Part shown: positions 63,971 to 64,000 of the stretch, piece by piece
How the letters are laid out: each line of letters starts with the position of its first letter
Numbering within the stretch: the stretch's first letter is position 1
Notes under the pieces: generated by a model
What the model was told of the DNA's origin: nothing
Seen by the model: the letters and a program-made list of their open reading frames with translations, nothing else
The model's database searches: none
Translations under genes and position numbers: made by a program
From: Polaromonas sp.
Lineage (GTDB): Bacteria; Pseudomonadota; Gammaproteobacteria; Burkholderiales; Burkholderiaceae_C
Assembly (NCBI GenBank): GCA_043766985.1
Contig: JAYUHM010000234.1
Location: forward strand, 2,494-66,493
Length of the DNA: 64,000 nt
Reading direction: 5' to 3'

Positions 63971-64000
63971 AGCCGCTTGAAACGTGAGTTTCAAGCGGCT
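63971..64000 (+). terminator. Stem-loop downstream of the glycine-zipper gene, truncated by the window end
   Basis: Perfect 13-bp stem AGCCGCTTGAAAC/GTTTCAAGCGGCT with a GTGA loop. The U-tract cannot be seen because the window ends. Confidence 0.55.

Overview
The window looks like a 64-kb chromosomal segment of a GC-rich betaproteobacterium. Burkholderiales/Comamonadaceae is an inference from two Bug/TctC binding proteins, the DUF934-containing cys operon and overall gene content. Coding density is high. Many long ORFs in the track are antisense 'shadow' ORFs typical of GC-rich DNA and are not called.

Main blocks:
1. rmuC and an MFS gene.
2. A roughly 18-kb beta-glucan (laminarin-type) utilisation locus at 2.7-20.5 kb. 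It has an ABC importer, GH1, GH30, GH17-like, GH81 and GH16 enzymes, a porin, an Ig-like lipoprotein, glucokinase and a LacI regulator. A 14-bp palindrome, TGAAAGCGCTTTCA, sits at every promoter.
3. tRNA-Asn, then a TonB-dependent receptor preceded by a clear TPP riboswitch.
4. A ferredoxin-NADP reductase gene, fdxA, and a sulfate-assimilation operon (tauE-cysI-DUF934-cysH-cysD-cysN).
5. Two response-regulator genes, and a GbsR/MarR-controlled DCC/SDR/DUF2867 cluster with a recognisable operator pair.
6. A VapBC toxin-antitoxin pair.
7. Housekeeping genes (yggX, dsbB, argA and others).
8. A PQQ dehydrogenase / MoxJ-like / cytochrome c operon whose dehydrogenase carries the lanthanide-type D-Y-D motif.
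9. A small variable island at 51.6-56.6 kb. It holds a soluble AAA+/M41 zinc-protease fusion translationally coupled to an 80-aa basic protein, a 0.73-kb highly structured non-coding spacer, a compositionally chimeric ORF, a possible gene remnant and a Uma2 nuclease.
10. hrpA, apaH, a CNNM/TlyC-family gene and a glycine-zipper protein.

Two observations stand out. The first is a dispersed ~45-nt repeat family (core AATAGCAGCTTGTGCTAT...TTGGGCT) found in intergenic DNA and also in frame inside at least six genes, including hrpA and dsbB. The second is the AAA+/M41 two-gene module in the island. No CRISPR array, rRNA, transposase or integrase was seen.
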